Below, piece by piece: positions 21,122-32,844 of a stretch of DNA of 64,000 bases. This DNA is from Trypanosoma brucei (lineage: Eukaryota). The notes under the pieces are model-generated. The model worked only from the letters and a program-made list of their open reading frames with translations, did no database searches and had not been told where the DNA came from. The stretch covers positions 2,176,001 to 2,240,000 of the forward strand of contig CM000207.1 of the NCBI GenBank assembly GCA_000002445.1. The letters are read 5' to 3'. Made by a program: the position numbers and the translations under genes. Each line of letters starts with the position of its first letter. The stretch's first letter is position 1.

Positions 21122-22219
21122 TTAAGCAAAACCAGTGGACTGGTTCAGTCTATGGGCAACGAGAGAGGCATGGGTTTGAACAAATGTTTGCTCAAGCTCT
21201 GCCACAGGCTCCTTTAGAGAAACCTCCTCCCCTCTCAGTTCATTTATCTCCCTTCCCAACCTCTCCAGCTCCAGTGCCTGGGAATCAATGACACCCGCGC
21301 ACGCGGACACCTGCTCCCTCAGAATCTTCTTCTGATAACGCAACTGTTGTTCCGATTTCTCAGAACCCTCCAAAAGTCTCAAGAGCTCATTCACCCTTGC
21401 CTCTAAGCAGCGAACCTCCATGTCCTGTCCATTCCTGCTCGTAGCCCGGCGAGTGGCCGATGAATTGGACAAGGTGTCGCACGCAGATTTCGATGTTGAT
21501 TGGTCTTCAGCTGCCCTTGCGCTCCTAGAGCGATGTACCTTGAACATTTGATTTCCTGAGGCTTGCGAAAGTGGAGTTCGGTCAAGGCGCGCGAGCCTCG
21601 GCAGTGCCTCTAAAAGCATCGGAACGGCCTTGGGTTCGCACATGACAGGATTCCCCCTCAACTCAAGGTGACGCAGCCCCCGCATGCTCTTCAGATACGG
21701 CAATTCATTTGGGTCTTCAACGCGGTTAGAACTCAAATCAAGAGTATGAAGCTGCTGAAGACCAACGAATGGGCACATCGAATCGATCAAATTACCTTGG
21801 CACGACAACGTCGTCAGAAATTTTGGTAACTCACCAAGGTTAGGACTAGTGATAGTATTGAAACTGATATTCAATTCCTGCAACTTGGGGCTGGCTGCAG
21901 CCAACCCCCACAGACCTCGCAATGCGTTGTGCGACAAGTTCAGGCTCGTTAATGAGCTGGGAAGGAAAGCAACGTCGAACGTCTGAAGGGAATTGTTTGA
22001 CAGATTTAACACCGCCAAACCCGCCAACAAGTTCCCACCGATAAAGGTTGTAATGTTGTTGTGGGACAAATCCAACGTCCGTATAGCTAAGTGCCGCTGA
22101 TTTTTTGATGCACCCCCCTCGTAGAAAGCGCCATCAGACGCCCCGTGCAGCAGAGTCGAGGCGTCAAAACTCTGAATGCCCCGTCTAGTCAGTGTCAGTT
22201 CCATAGCTCCCCCCTCCAC
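21122..22219 (-). CDS. Leucine-rich repeat protein (SDS22-like 22-aa LRRs) with C-terminal coiled coil
   Basis: Repeated LxxLxLSxNxIxx units (LDLSHNNITTF, LNLSNNSLQTF, LNLSHNALRGL, LDLSSNRVED). C-terminal heptad region. Confidence 0.55.
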   Translation of the reverse strand: MEGGAMELTLTRRGIQSFDASTLLHGASDGAFYEGGASKNQRHLAIRTLDLSHNNITTFIGGNLLAGLAVLNLSNNSLQTFDVAFLPSSLTSLNLSHNALRGLWGLAAASPKLQELNISFNTITSPNLGELPKFLTTLSCQGNLIDSMCPFVGLQQLHTLDLSSNRVEDPNELPYLKSMRGLRHLELRGNPVMCEPKAVPMLLEALPRLARLDRTPLSQASGNQMFKVHRSRSARAAEDQSTSKSACDTLSNSSATRRATSRNGQDMEVRCLEARVNELLRLLEGSEKSEQQLRYQKKILREQVSACAGVIDSQALELERLGREINELRGEEVSLKEPVAELEQTFVQTHASLVAHRLNQSTGFA

Positions 22220-22641
22220 GCAACTGAACGTGATACGCCGCCACTCTACGGTGCGGTAGATGCGCTGAGGTCACAAAGCCGTGCCCTCGTGGTTTAAGGG
22301 CCCTACAAGCGACTTATTATGTTAATAAGGTATGGTTTTTATGCCAGCACAAAGAAGAAAACAGAGAATACCCATAATGAAGGTGGTACTCAGCATATGT
22401 GGCAAATGTCCTCACAGTGGGTTTCATAACCTTTTGCCCACTCCAATCACTCGCATCTTTTCCTGCCTTAGACAGGGAACCGTCACTGCAAGCTGTCTCT
22501 CCTTACTCATTTTTCTGCGTTACTGTTGCTAAAGTTTAATTTTTAACCGTTTATTAAACAAAACACTAGGGAGTTCCTCCTCAAGACAAGCAACGAGACA
22601 AGGAGGAACGGTAAAAGTGGCGGAAGGCATGGTACTGGCCT

Positions 22642-23730
22642 CTATCCACTCTTCTTCCAGACATTCACCATGTTACTTCCCACACATGTAATGAGAGTTG
22701 TGGGAGGCAAGTCCTTCCCAACTGAGGACCACTCCTGCTTTGTTGCGCACGACACCCCGAAGTACATCTCCAATAACATCACCGCAGAAACCAAACCACA
22801 CGTAAATTGGCCAAACCGAACCGTGGACACTTCGTCTGGGCTGAGCCCCATGAGAAGCAGTACCAGCATTTGGTGGTGGGCATCAACGCATCCACACTCA
22901 AATACTTGGTCTAACAACAACTCGGCGGCGCGCTTCCCAACATCTTCAGGAAGCTCTTTAGGCGCCGCGGTGGACTCCTGTGAGATGACACACTGTTTGC
23001 TGGTCGTCTCTGCAACAAGAACGACCCCGTAGCCACTGGATCGGTCCCCGTACGACCCCTTACTGTTGTCCATATCCGTCACAACATAGACGTCAGGGAG
23101 CAGATTCAATAGAACACCCTTAGCAGCTGTGGCCGCTCGTTGAACAAGGTCCGCTGCCACACGTGCACCAAACGAAATTCCACGAATGCGTCGGACCCGT
23201 CCCCTCACCACGGCCTCCGCTGCTGTTAGACGCCTCACAGCTTTGCATTGCACTTCGATAGCACCACCACCACCTGGATATACCCCACGGCGTATAATCC
23301 GCACGCTGCAGTCTACGCCAAAGAGCTGTAACCAACGTGTGGTTACAGTCCGCAAGGTATCGACCGAAAGGTCCTCTTCACTTTGCGTTGACCCGACAAG
23401 AGTAAGTCGCGTGTCAAACTTCGCAAATGGAAGAAGAAGCAAAGCGGCTTCAGCAATGTAAGTTACGCATCGGCAGCTCGGGACTTCATGCGAAAAAGTA
23501 CCGCCAAGTATCATACCGGGGTAGAACGTCAGCGCAGTGTTACTGTCCGTACATTCAAACTTCGAGCCACTCGTCACACGGTCAATGAACTTGAGGAAGT
23601 TCGCCTCAGCCAACTGGATACCCTGGGGTTCGTCATCGTCGTGAATGCCCAAAATTCGGATTGGTTTGCTAGTGAGTATGCTGCACACAATATGATGACG
23701 AAAGAGGCTGCTTCCCTCGAACGTTAGCAT
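22642..23730 (-). CDS. RCL1: RNA 3'-terminal phosphate cyclase-like protein (RCL1/RtcA family; rRNA processing)
   Basis: N-terminal LTFEGSSLFRHHIVCSILTSKPIRILGIH matches the RtcA/Rcl1 EPT-fold signature (L-x-F-x-G...FRQR...S-x-L-x-x-P...I-x-IR). Length about 360 aa is typical. Confidence 0.7.
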   Translation of the reverse strand: MLTFEGSSLFRHHIVCSILTSKPIRILGIHDDDEPQGIQLAEANFLKFIDRVTSGSKFECTDSNTALTFYPGMILGGTFSHEVPSCRCVTYIAEAALLLLPFAKFDTRLTLVGSTQSEEDLSVDTLRTVTTRWLQLFGVDCSVRIIRRGVYPGGGGAIEVQCKAVRRLTAAEAVVRGRVRRIRGISFGARVAADLVQRAATAAKGVLLNLLPDVYVVTDMDNSKGSYGDRSSGYGVVLVAETTSKQCVISQESTAAPKELPEDVGKRAAELLLDQVFECGCVDAHHQMLVLLLMGLSPDEVSTVRFGQFTCGLVSAVMLLEMYFGVSCATKQEWSSVGKDLPPTTLITCVGSNMVNVWKKSG

Positions 23731-24140
23731 CCCTCCAACAAGTCTTTGTTTAGCATTTAACAGGAAAAAGCGAAGATAAGTAGTAAAAGGCAGGAAAACA
23801 AAGAAAGAGAGGGACGTATTTCAACACAGCAATATATATGCCTTGGAGACGGGGTAGCCGTTTATTCGCCAACTCCTCCGTAGGGCCGAGAAGTCATGGA
23901 AAGCCAATTAACGATAAAGGAAAGAGGCAAAATAGAGCACACCACGCAGACCTGTGTACAAAACGAGACGATTTCCCTTATGCGTCCGCTCCACCAACCT
24001 CACACCGCAGCCAACCTTGTAAATACTACTCTGTTTGATGCCTTGCATGTCAGCACCTCTTAGTATTGCGATCTCACCCAACAACTCTCCGGAAGGTCAT
24101 ATGGGCGGCTCTACCCTTTTGTGGAAGTGAAAGAATTCTA

Positions 24141-25295
24141 CTACAAGAACCTCCACCAAGGCGTTGGGGGATTTGAACCACTATTAAAAGACCCCGCCTC
24201 CCTAGCCTCCTCAGCACTAGCGCCTTTGTCAGAGCTCTCCAGGAAATTGTAGGAAATTTTCCTGCCAAATTTCTCCTCATCGTATCCGTGGGATATGCTC
24301 TTATACAGCTTCCACGGCATAGGGACGATATGGGACTTAGCCAGTGTGCACAGTTCTCCGCATTCCACGACGATGAACTCCTTTTTCGGCGAATTACCGT
24401 GTTTGGAGCCTGCGGAGTTAATGCGCTCGATAACGTCGAAACCTCCAATGACCAAAGCGAATATTTGAGGAGCGTAGTCTCCCGCGGAAACGTGGATGGC
24501 AAAGTTTGGACTCTCCTTGTTTGTCCCATATGCGATGGACGACAGCGCCCCACGCCACGACCCCGTACCCAAGTATTCTGTTGGTAAATAGTGGGGGCTG
24601 AAGCCAGGTACATCGTGAGTCATCTCCCTGCCGTCACCAAATATGAGGCAATGCCGTGGGACAATGGCGCTCAGTTGCATACCCCGAAAGGATTCGCCGT
24701 TCCCTCCACTTCCCGTGCAGCGGCGATGAAAGTACTCACAGTAGTGGGGACAGTTCTCGTTAAGCAACCCAATCACTATTCGACCAATGTCCATCCCATT
24801 CTCGGTAATATCAAAGTAGACTACGCTGCCTATTCGTAAGTCAGCTGGCATATGGTCCACGCCACGCAACATACGTTCGCTGGAAAGTTGCGTCCGATAA
24901 AATACGTAAAAAATGATAAGCAACAGAAAGAATATACCTAGGCGAATCACCGTCATGATAATGGCGTACTGCCGCGCATGCTCCTCACACCAAGCCATCA
25001 TTACAAGTTCGAGGTCAGTCAGGACGCGTCGCGGAAGGGGAACCTCCTCTATAAGAGTTAGCGGTAATCTCTTCACGCGCGTCACTGCGTTACCACCGTC
25101 GTCGTGTATGACAATGGGGCCAACCCCCGCCGACCGGTCACCACAGCCGCTCCCCTGCAGCCACCGAGCCGAACCACAGATGCGCGCTCGCTGATGCTGA
25201 AGGGGTAATTTGACTACCACAACTCGGCCCAGAGTCGTGCCGTGTAGGGCCCTCACAGGCCCTATGTGTGGCACCCGTCGAACGAGCGCGCTCAT
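24141..25295 (-). CDS. Cyclophilin-type peptidyl-prolyl cis-trans isomerase (divergent) with N-terminal transmembrane anchor
   Basis: Cyclophilin core pattern VYFDI...IGRIVIGL...FHR...FG...NGTGG-like...GFDVIERI. Hydrophobic helix IIMTVIRLGIFFLLLIIFYVFY ahead of the domain. The overlapping ORF 24074..24613 is spurious. Confidence 0.6.
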   Translation of the reverse strand: MSALVRRVPHIGPVRALHGTTLGRVVVVKLPLQHQRARICGSARWLQGSGCGDRSAGVGPIVIHDDGGNAVTRVKRLPLTLIEEVPLPRRVLTDLELVMMAWCEEHARQYAIIMTVIRLGIFFLLLIIFYVFYRTQLSSERMLRGVDHMPADLRIGSVVYFDITENGMDIGRIVIGLLNENCPHYCEYFHRRCTGSGGNGESFRGMQLSAIVPRHCLIFGDGREMTHDVPGFSPHYLPTEYLGTGSWRGALSSIAYGTNKESPNFAIHVSAGDYAPQIFALVIGGFDVIERINSAGSKHGNSPKKEFIVVECGELCTLAKSHIVPMPWKLYKSISHGYDEEKFGRKISYNFLESSDKGASAEEAREAGSFNSGSNPPTPWWRFL

Positions 25296-26141
25296 GGGGA
25301 ACTAATTAGTTACGATTACCGTTGTTACGCTTCTACGTAATGACTTCTTTTTCACTGATACGAGACGAAAAAATCTTGTTGCGAAGCTGGACACCCTCCG
25401 TAAATAGGTTGGCAGCTTACCAACGCCCTCAAACTCGTTTACCCGACCTGACCGCCACAGGTTCAGACTCGAGAGTGATGCTAAGATAGGTAAATTGGCA
25501 GAGAACAAACGAAATGAAGATTTTATCCCCTAATGAAGGTAACGTGACGTGAAGATCAGTGAAACGCGGATGCCACCAGGCTTCCCCCCTTCCCCCAACC
25601 CCTCCACAGATGCATCCGTGCCGACACTAGGGGAAGACATGAAAATAAAAGTAGGGGAGCGACAATCACGGCATGTGAAACATCGCAGGATTATGCAAAA
25701 AAAAAAACACTCGAGAGAGCGAGGAAGTTGCCTCGTTGGAAAACAGTGAGAAAGTGAAATATCTCAACACCTGAACACACAACAAGTTCGATGTTTGTCG
25801 CACCGCAACCGCAACTGCCGCGCGGTCCCTTCCGTATTTCTTATTACACTTCACCGCAAGTGCATTCCTTCAATTCCTTCGCCTCCATATACACAGAGAA
25901 AGGTGAATAAAGAAAAATATAGCCCACAACTCCGTTATCTGGTTTCTCAACGGACAAGGGGAAAAAAAAGAATTCGACACACCTGCTCAATACCTACGCG
26001 GTTGTACGTCGAATGCTATATCTCCACCGACTTAACATTTCGCCGCTCTCTCATAGCTTAGGTGCTTACACTCTGTTCTCTTTCGCCCCCCCCCCTTTAT
26101 TGCAGCTTGGGCAATTTCCTTCCCACATCCACAGCAAAATC

Positions 26142-27192
26142 CTACTCCGTGACAACATTCCCTCTTTTCTTCTCCCTGATTCTAGCCGTGCACTCAGCCC
26201 TCACAGGATCAAAGTACGGATGGTCCATTGCCTCTAACGCCTGGACGCGCTTGACATGATCGTACTGAAGCAGTTGATCGAGGAAATCCAACGCTTCTTT
26301 CGGACACAGATGTTGATTCTCTTGCGTAACGAACATCGTCCAAGGCTTCTTACCATGTCGCCCAACCGCAGTTTCCAGGTGCTGGGGAAGTGTTAGGTTG
26401 TACTTGTGGAGGTACTCAAACAGCTCATCGGTTCCTAACACTTTGGCGATACGGACCAGTTGATCATTGTTGTCCTTTCCATGAAAGAAAGGCTCCCTCA
26501 TGAATATCATGCCAGCAAGCATGCAGCCAAGAGACCACATATCAAGCCGGTAGTCGTACATTGGCAGCTCCACTAAGAGCTCGGGGCCTTTGAAGTAACG
26601 AGACGCCACTCTGGCATTGTACGGCGTGAGAGGATGGAAGAACTCAGCCAAACCCCAGTCAATGAGAATCAGGTCCCGCTTTTTATGATCGATTGCAATG
26701 TTGTTAGGTTTCACATCACGATGCATTATTCCCATTGAGTGGGCATACTCTAGCGCTTGAAGAACACCAAATATGTAGTAGCGCACGTCATAATCAGAAA
26801 ATGTGGGGAATACCGTTCGAAAGTCAGAGGCCTCAACGTACTCAAATATAAATGAAGGTGTTTTGCTGCAGGGATCTCTCACTACATCGTAGAGCTCAAC
26901 AATGTTGGGGCCCCCTTGCAAGTTTTGAAGCACCTTCAGCTCTCGGAGTATTTTCTTCTTCTTCACGGGTTTAAGCACCTTAATCACCACCTGACGTCGA
27001 ACCTTCGTATCCCAACCTAGGAACACGTCACTGTACTTCCCCCGTCCAATTTTCTCGATGATCTCGTAGCGCTCAGGTGAGCTCCACTGTATGCGGGCTG
27101 ACTCATAGTCCCAATACTCACGGGGTTTTTCAACGTTGGCACGAGCGTACCGATGCGCACCGTCTGTGTTAGGTTGCGAAGAGACGGACATT
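26142..27192 (-). CDS. CK2A: Casein kinase II catalytic subunit alpha
   Basis: [32 protein letters not shown] (CK2 basic cluster), [35 protein letters not shown]. Start placed at the internal MSVSSQ. Confidence 0.88.
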
Positions 27193-27634
27193 TTTATCAG
27201 CCAATAGCCTTTAGCACCACGAAAAAAAAAAAGAATGAGCGACAAAGCACTTCAAAAATGAGAATAATGATAAGGATCCCCCATGACACGAAAGAGGCTA
27301 ATGAGAGTTTCAAACCAGCCCTCCTCCTGGCTTTTCTCCTTCGATTCATTTTCTCAATATTATTATCCCCTCCTCCAGCACAAGAGCAGCAGTTCTCTTT
27401 TCTCCAAAAGGAGCTTGCTGCAATCCATGACTTGGAAAAAAAAACTACTGTTCAGAGAAACCGCACTCTCTGATGCACAATACGCAGGAGAGACGGTACT
27501 AAATACAGTTGACTGGATGGCAATTCGGCGGTCACTTTCTCAATTTTTCACACTACGATGGTAATAGAAAAAGGTTGGGAAACGACCCCTGTATCGCCAT
27601 CCAATCAGTTGCACTTAACGCTTTGGTTACGTGA

Positions 27635-28291
27635 TTACCCCATATGTTCCACGGTTAGAGGCAACAGAGGTAATCGAGGTACAGCCTCCATACTCATTAG
27701 TCGTGAAACGGTATTCTGGGTCATCTCGAGGCTTTCGGCACCACCACCTAGAGCTAGAAGGTCACACCATATCGGGTCATTTTCATCAATGACCACCACA
27801 TCCTGTGGCTCTCTTGCACACAGCAACGCCGGAATCACCTCATGTCCCTCAACGCTTCCTTCAGCTGCGGGAAGCTCGCCAATGTAAGTGTCAACACTCT
27901 GCAAAAATACACCGGAAGCGAAGAACTGTGGCGTAACTCCCCCAAGATTAGAGGAGGAAATTGTGGTAGATCGTGTTAGGCCTCCACACGTTGACACTGC
28001 CGACGGCATCCCATCCCGACTGTACAGATTCCCAAACTCAGTTGAATTTCTCCACGTGCTGCTGTTTTGAGTTGAAGACACTCTGCCATCTGTACGCGAC
28101 CTCCCGACAGTCACCGGTGCTTTCCCCCTCAACCTGCAGTCGTCCCGACATGAGCCTGTTAAGACGACGCGCCGAGAGCATGGGTCGGCCACCAGATTTG
28201 GGGACGATGGGTGATCGTTTGTGTCACTGGTACGACTCGACTGAGACAAGGGTTGCATTTCCAGTGGTATGGACTGTCCTCCCCTGAACAT
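27635..28291 (-). CDS. Hypothetical protein (218 aa), S/T-rich, low complexity
   Basis: ORF in the correct orientation within the polycistron but with no recognisable domain. Could be UTR. Confidence 0.3.
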   Translation of the reverse strand: MFRGGQSIPLEMQPLSQSSRTSDTNDHPSSPNLVADPCSRRVVLTGSCRDDCRLRGKAPVTVGRSRTDGRVSSTQNSSTWRNSTEFGNLYSRDGMPSAVSTCGGLTRSTTISSSNLGGVTPQFFASGVFLQSVDTYIGELPAAEGSVEGHEVIPALLCAREPQDVVVIDENDPIWCDLLALGGGAESLEMTQNTVSRLMSMEAVPRLPLLPLTVEHMG

Positions 28292-28631
28292 TGACAGTTA
28301 TTTTTTAAAAAAATGATGAGGAAAGGGACAACGGGACTAGAAAGCCCTCGGTCTTATTTTAACTCGTTGCACCGCCGAATGCAATAGTGCTACAGAATAC
28401 ACTATCAGTTAACCCACAGATGATCCCCCAGCTACAACTGCTACAAGCAAAACAAAAAAGGAAAGGAAAAAAGTAATATTAAAGACACGGGACAGGTAGA
28501 AAGCAATTGTGATAAGCATCACTGATACATAGAGCACGTCATATATGATATAGCAAATGACTTTCTGCCAGCACGCTCGAACCGAGAGCAACACAAAGCG
28601 TAACCATGCACTGTCACCCGAAAGAGTCGCT

Positions 28632-31600
28632 TTAATTGTGGATAACAACCTTATCCTCTTTCCTTGCACATCTTTTCGATAACGGAGCGTGTTCCAAGCC
28701 GAGGAAGGCCATCTTCGTAGGGGGTTGTTTGTTGGGCTGGTAATGATGTTCGTCACAAAAATCGAATAGCTGTTTTCCCATCGCGACAGTGGGCAGCACC
28801 TCTAGAACACGATCTTCCTTGACAAGAGCCATCTTCCAGTCAACCACTGCAGCTTCACTTAAACCTAGCTTCATCGCTATACGCTGAAGGAGTGATGGTG
28901 CCATCTCGTCATGACCAATGTAGATACTGAAAGGATTGCCATGCGTGTCAACAGGGTTCGCACGATTACGTAGCAGTGTAAAGTGATGTACTTGGATAAT
29001 GGACTGATTTTGGGGGGGAACACCATCTATGGGTTTAGGCAACTCCTCAATGCGATATTCCGCACTCTCCTCAAATGTGGAGCGATTAAATGTTTGTGCA
29101 TGATCCTTATCAAAAACATTGTAAATCCTCCCACACCACACGTCCACCAACCGGAGGGTTCGCCACGCCTCCTGTGGGTCCAGGCTTGCGTAGTAGTTTA
29201 ATTCAGATTGAGTCATCTCCCCAGTCTGGGGCTCCTTCTCCCTGTCACTCCTCACAGACTGAGAAACGGCTAGTGAGTTAACGGACTCGGTGGCCCTCAC
29301 ATCACTGATCTCTTTCACGCATTGGCCGAAAAGCGCTTTTGGTGTAATTTGCTCTTCACGTGGCATCAACACCCAGTATTCACCGATGGGTCTTACACAA
29401 CTGCCAAACAGCTTGAACTGAAGCGAATGAGCCGCCTCAATTTCCGTTACCGTGTACTTACAGTACTCGTAGTAAAGAATTTTCGAGAGTGGTATAGAAC
29501 GTTGAACAGGAGGGGAAAGCAACCTCGTGAGATTCGAGCGATCACTTCGGCGCCCCTTCATGAAATACGGCAATCGAGTTTCTGGATTATACATCGTAAA
29601 ACGAACACGATCATAATTGTCTGATTGACCAATCAGTCGAGCAACATATCGCTGGAGCTGTTCATACGTCATGTCATCTGCCAACTGCGCATCAACAAGA
29701 GTAGGGTACGAGGGGGGTGAATTTAGCTTGATCTCCACGGGGATACGACGCCTGAGAAAATGCTGAAAACTAACAATATCGGAATAAAATATATTACGCG
29801 CATCGACCCCCGGTGTCTCCTCCTGCCAAATAAGTGTGTCACCGGACTGTAGGTACTGCTGAGAAGATAAAAATTTCCCCTGTTCATCTTCGATGAGTAC
29901 GGTTAATTTATTCACGGATTTGTTAATGTCCCTGTCGTAGCCAGAACCACCAAGCGACAAGGGAAGAAAGGGAGCCACCGTCGGTGTCCTGACTTCTTCA
30001 ACGCTCTTCAAACATACGCCAGTCAAGTGATGATCACGCGTTTTGGCCACGTCGTCTGCAATCCCCGCTATGGCGCTCCGTACAAAGGATTCCATCTTTT
30101 CGAAAACGTCTGAAAATTCAACCCTCTTCTTGCGGGATATCACTGTGCAACCAACAAAGTGAACCTTCAGCTGCATAGGAGTGTAAACTTTGTGGTGAAT
30201 TAAGTCATGTTCCAGCTCTTCATCTCCATCTACCTCGATGCAATGCGCATTAGCTGCGTTAACAACGAGAACACAACATTCCTTATCCCCACCTAATACG
30301 TCAGACACGGCAAGTCTCCCTGAAACACGCCGATGCAAAGAAAAGCGATTGCGTACACCTTTCGATGCTACGTACCACAGAGTTTGCTCGGAACTGCGGA
30401 CCCCCAGCTTATCATCAACAAATGAGTTAAACGCTGGAAGGGCCTCGGAACTCAGAAGCACCCTAAGGGTTCTTTGGGACGGAAATTGCGCCCCAGCAGG
30501 TCGTCGGCAGGAAAGAAACTCATTTTTAGCCACAATATCATGGGGTTCTATAAAGTGGATGCGACCGTACAAATGGTCCTCAGCCTTCTCCCTGAGTCTT
30601 TTTTCACGCTCTTCGCGCTCTCTCTCCAACTGCTGTGCAACGTGCAACGGAACATCCTTCAACTCGACAGGCCGCAACATCTGCTTTAACTGAGACGTTC
30701 GGATGTATACCAACATGTAAGCGTTGGCTATGCTCGGAACCTGAGAACCCCAGTAGTTTATTCTTGATCCTCCAAAGTTTGTTTCGAAAACATCCCGAAG
30801 TGACGCCTGACTCACAACACCATCATTGAACCTGTACCACGCATCTGAGCACCATATAAAGCAAAAATAGTGCCCAAACCCAGCATTGGAGCCCGAATGA
30901 ACTAGCACGCTACAAAGGGTGTAGTGAACTTCATCCAACGAGGCGTGAGGCACGTACTTAGACAGGTCCAGTGTGTGGTAATAAACCCAACGACTCAGAA
31001 CCTTCGTCTCACCTTTTTGCGGATCGTAATCGAATCGTGTCAAATGAAGAATTAGAATCGGTGGGGTAAGCTTCAGACGAACACCCTTTTCTGCACAGTG
31101 GTAAGTCTTTTGGCCGTCGTGTTCGAGGCAATATTTGTTCTTTCCATCAAGGACCTCCACTTGGAAAAATTTATCCAAACTAGCGTATATATCTGTCGTA
31201 TTCTTCACAACCAACTGTATATCGTAAAAAAGTTGCTCCTTTGCCCCATAGTAACCCACTTCACCGACACGAACAAAACTTTCTAAGATTCCAACAAATA
31301 ATCGACTAATGGCATTGCTTGCAATCTCTTCCACCGTAAAACCATTATCTGACTTTCGCACTCCTCCTAACTTGTTTTCCAACTTATCAAGCAGTTCACA
31401 TGTCAATTCGTGAACGTCATGCTGGACAAAACTGTCGCTTGAACTCCATCCAAAAGACTCGGTAAGCTCAGTAGTATCAGCAGCCTCACTCCCCGTTTGG
31501 AGATGGCAGAACAACCTCTGTAATGCATACGGAATAGACTTCGTTGCCTTAATATTTACATCGTTTTTCTCCTCAGCTTCTTCTGCTGTAGGTATTTGAT

Positions 31601-32126
31601 AAATTGCCAACCGAAACTCGGAAATGTGGAACAATGTCTGGAGGAGCGAATTCAAGTAACATGTCGCTCCCTGATTCAATAACCCATTATACTTCGTTCT
31701 CCGCCTTTTGTGCTCGTTTACTGCGTTACTCGATACTGTTTCGTCACTTATTATACCTTCGGCCTTCCCATCCACAAAAATGTCGCTGTTGACAACCGTT
31801 GGAGCAAGTAAAGAAGTTCTCCGGAGAGAAGGGCTCCACAGACGCGCACTCAGGCGGGTGTGAACTATCTGGAATCCCTCACATCCTGAGCCACTGCGCG
31901 ACGTAACATGATGTATCGCCCGCATGAAAACGGGATTAAGTGAATGATGGATGCCACACTCAGCCAATAAGGCCACACGATTTCGACCTGTCATAGCCGC
32001 CAAGTCACTCCATGTTAAGTGGCATTTCTCCATCGATGCCTCCGATGGTAATAGCGACCTGTCATACATGGCGTCATTCCAAAAAATGTGCTTCACAATA
32101 CCTAGAACCTGAAGCATGGTTTCCAA
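28632..32126 (-). CDS. Ubiquitin carboxyl-terminal hydrolase (USP/UBP family deubiquitinase), 1164 aa
   Basis: Cys box GLLNQGATCYLNSLLQTLF. His box GHYFCFIWCSDAWYRFNDGVV. Large USP architecture with a long C-terminal extension. Confidence 0.82.
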   Translation of the reverse strand: METMLQVLGIVKHIFWNDAMYDRSLLPSEASMEKCHLTWSDLAAMTGRNRVALLAECGIHHSLNPVFMRAIHHVTSRSGSGCEGFQIVHTRLSARLWSPSLRRTSLLAPTVVNSDIFVDGKAEGIISDETVSSNAVNEHKRRRTKYNGLLNQGATCYLNSLLQTLFHISEFRLAIYQIPTAEEAEEKNDVNIKATKSIPYALQRLFCHLQTGSEAADTTELTESFGWSSSDSFVQHDVHELTCELLDKLENKLGGVRKSDNGFTVEEIASNAISRLFVGILESFVRVGEVGYYGAKEQLFYDIQLVVKNTTDIYASLDKFFQVEVLDGKNKYCLEHDGQKTYHCAEKGVRLKLTPPILILHLTRFDYDPQKGETKVLSRWVYYHTLDLSKYVPHASLDEVHYTLCSVLVHSGSNAGFGHYFCFIWCSDAWYRFNDGVVSQASLRDVFETNFGGSRINYWGSQVPSIANAYMLVYIRTSQLKQMLRPVELKDVPLHVAQQLEREREEREKRLREKAEDHLYGRIHFIEPHDIVAKNEFLSCRRPAGAQFPSQRTLRVLLSSEALPAFNSFVDDKLGVRSSEQTLWYVASKGVRNRFSLHRRVSGRLAVSDVLGGDKECCVLVVNAANAHCIEVDGDEELEHDLIHHKVYTPMQLKVHFVGCTVISRKKRVEFSDVFEKMESFVRSAIAGIADDVAKTRDHHLTGVCLKSVEEVRTPTVAPFLPLSLGGSGYDRDINKSVNKLTVLIEDEQGKFLSSQQYLQSGDTLIWQEETPGVDARNIFYSDIVSFQHFLRRRIPVEIKLNSPPSYPTLVDAQLADDMTYEQLQRYVARLIGQSDNYDRVRFTMYNPETRLPYFMKGRRSDRSNLTRLLSPPVQRSIPLSKILYYEYCKYTVTEIEAAHSLQFKLFGSCVRPIGEYWVLMPREEQITPKALFGQCVKEISDVRATESVNSLAVSQSVRSDREKEPQTGEMTQSELNYYASLDPQEAWRTLRLVDVWCGRIYNVFDKDHAQTFNRSTFEESAEYRIEELPKPIDGVPPQNQSIIQVHHFTLLRNRANPVDTHGNPFSIYIGHDEMAPSLLQRIAMKLGLSEAAVVDWKMALVKEDRVLEVLPTVAMGKQLFDFCDEHHYQPNKQPPTKMAFLGLEHAPLSKRCARKEDKVVIHN

Positions 32127-32466
32127 AATAGCTTTTTTTTAGAAGAGGGGGTGAGGGAAGAAAGCAATCTAACTTTTTAAAAATGAGGTATATGGAGGAG
32201 GAAAATGATACCTGTCCCCAGAGTACGAGCAGGAGACGTGAACACAATCTGAAACCAAGAAGCCTTTCATCTGAACCCCCAATTTCCGTATCATAAACAA
32301 AAATTTAAAAACAGACCAAATACGTGGATGGATACATCTTTATTTTCTTCTATTTTGCCTTACTAGTCTCTTGTTGGCACAACGCCGTTATGCCGCCTCT
32401 ACATGATTCCCAAAATCGGAAGCAAAGCCAAAGAAACCAGAAGTTCGGCGAAATATACGATCATCT

Positions 32467-32763
32467 TCAAACATCTGAAAATCGTTGAATTACAATTAGG
32501 GTGAAATCCTTGTCCGGAGCGACCATGATTTCGTTCTTTTTGCTCCTTATGCGCAAGAAGCAAATGTCATTCGTTGGATCTAGATCTCTAACGCAATGAC
32601 GTGCCTTTGCGGCTAAGGCCGTGATAAGATGCGCATACTGATTTTGTGTGGCAGTGTCCTCAATGGTACTCCTTATTGGCGTTCCTTCATTATTCACCAC
32701 TATGATTCCCGTTACGTTCGGTCGCTGACTAATTCGCTGGAAGCTTTCCTCTATCTCAGACAT
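32467..32763 (-). CDS. Dynein light chain roadblock-type (LC7/Robl)
   Basis: 98 aa. [15 protein letters not shown]...[25 protein letters not shown] is near-identical to the roadblock family core. Start placed at the internal MSEIEE. Confidence 0.82.
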   Translation of the reverse strand: MSEIEESFQRISQRPNVTGIIVVNNEGTPIRSTIEDTATQNQYAHLITALAAKARHCVRDLDPTNDICFLRIRSKKNEIMVAPDKDFTLIVIQRFSDV

Positions 32764-32844
32764 CCTCAGACACCGAGAGAGTATGTACTCTGCCGAACAC
32801 CAAGAACGGTGTGATGAAGTAGAGTTAGAGTATAAACAAAGCAC

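Noticed and set aside
24074-24613. 179-aa minus-strand ORF
   Set aside because: Out-of-frame overlap with the C-terminal part of the cyclophilin CDS. The cyclophilin frame carries the conserved domain.
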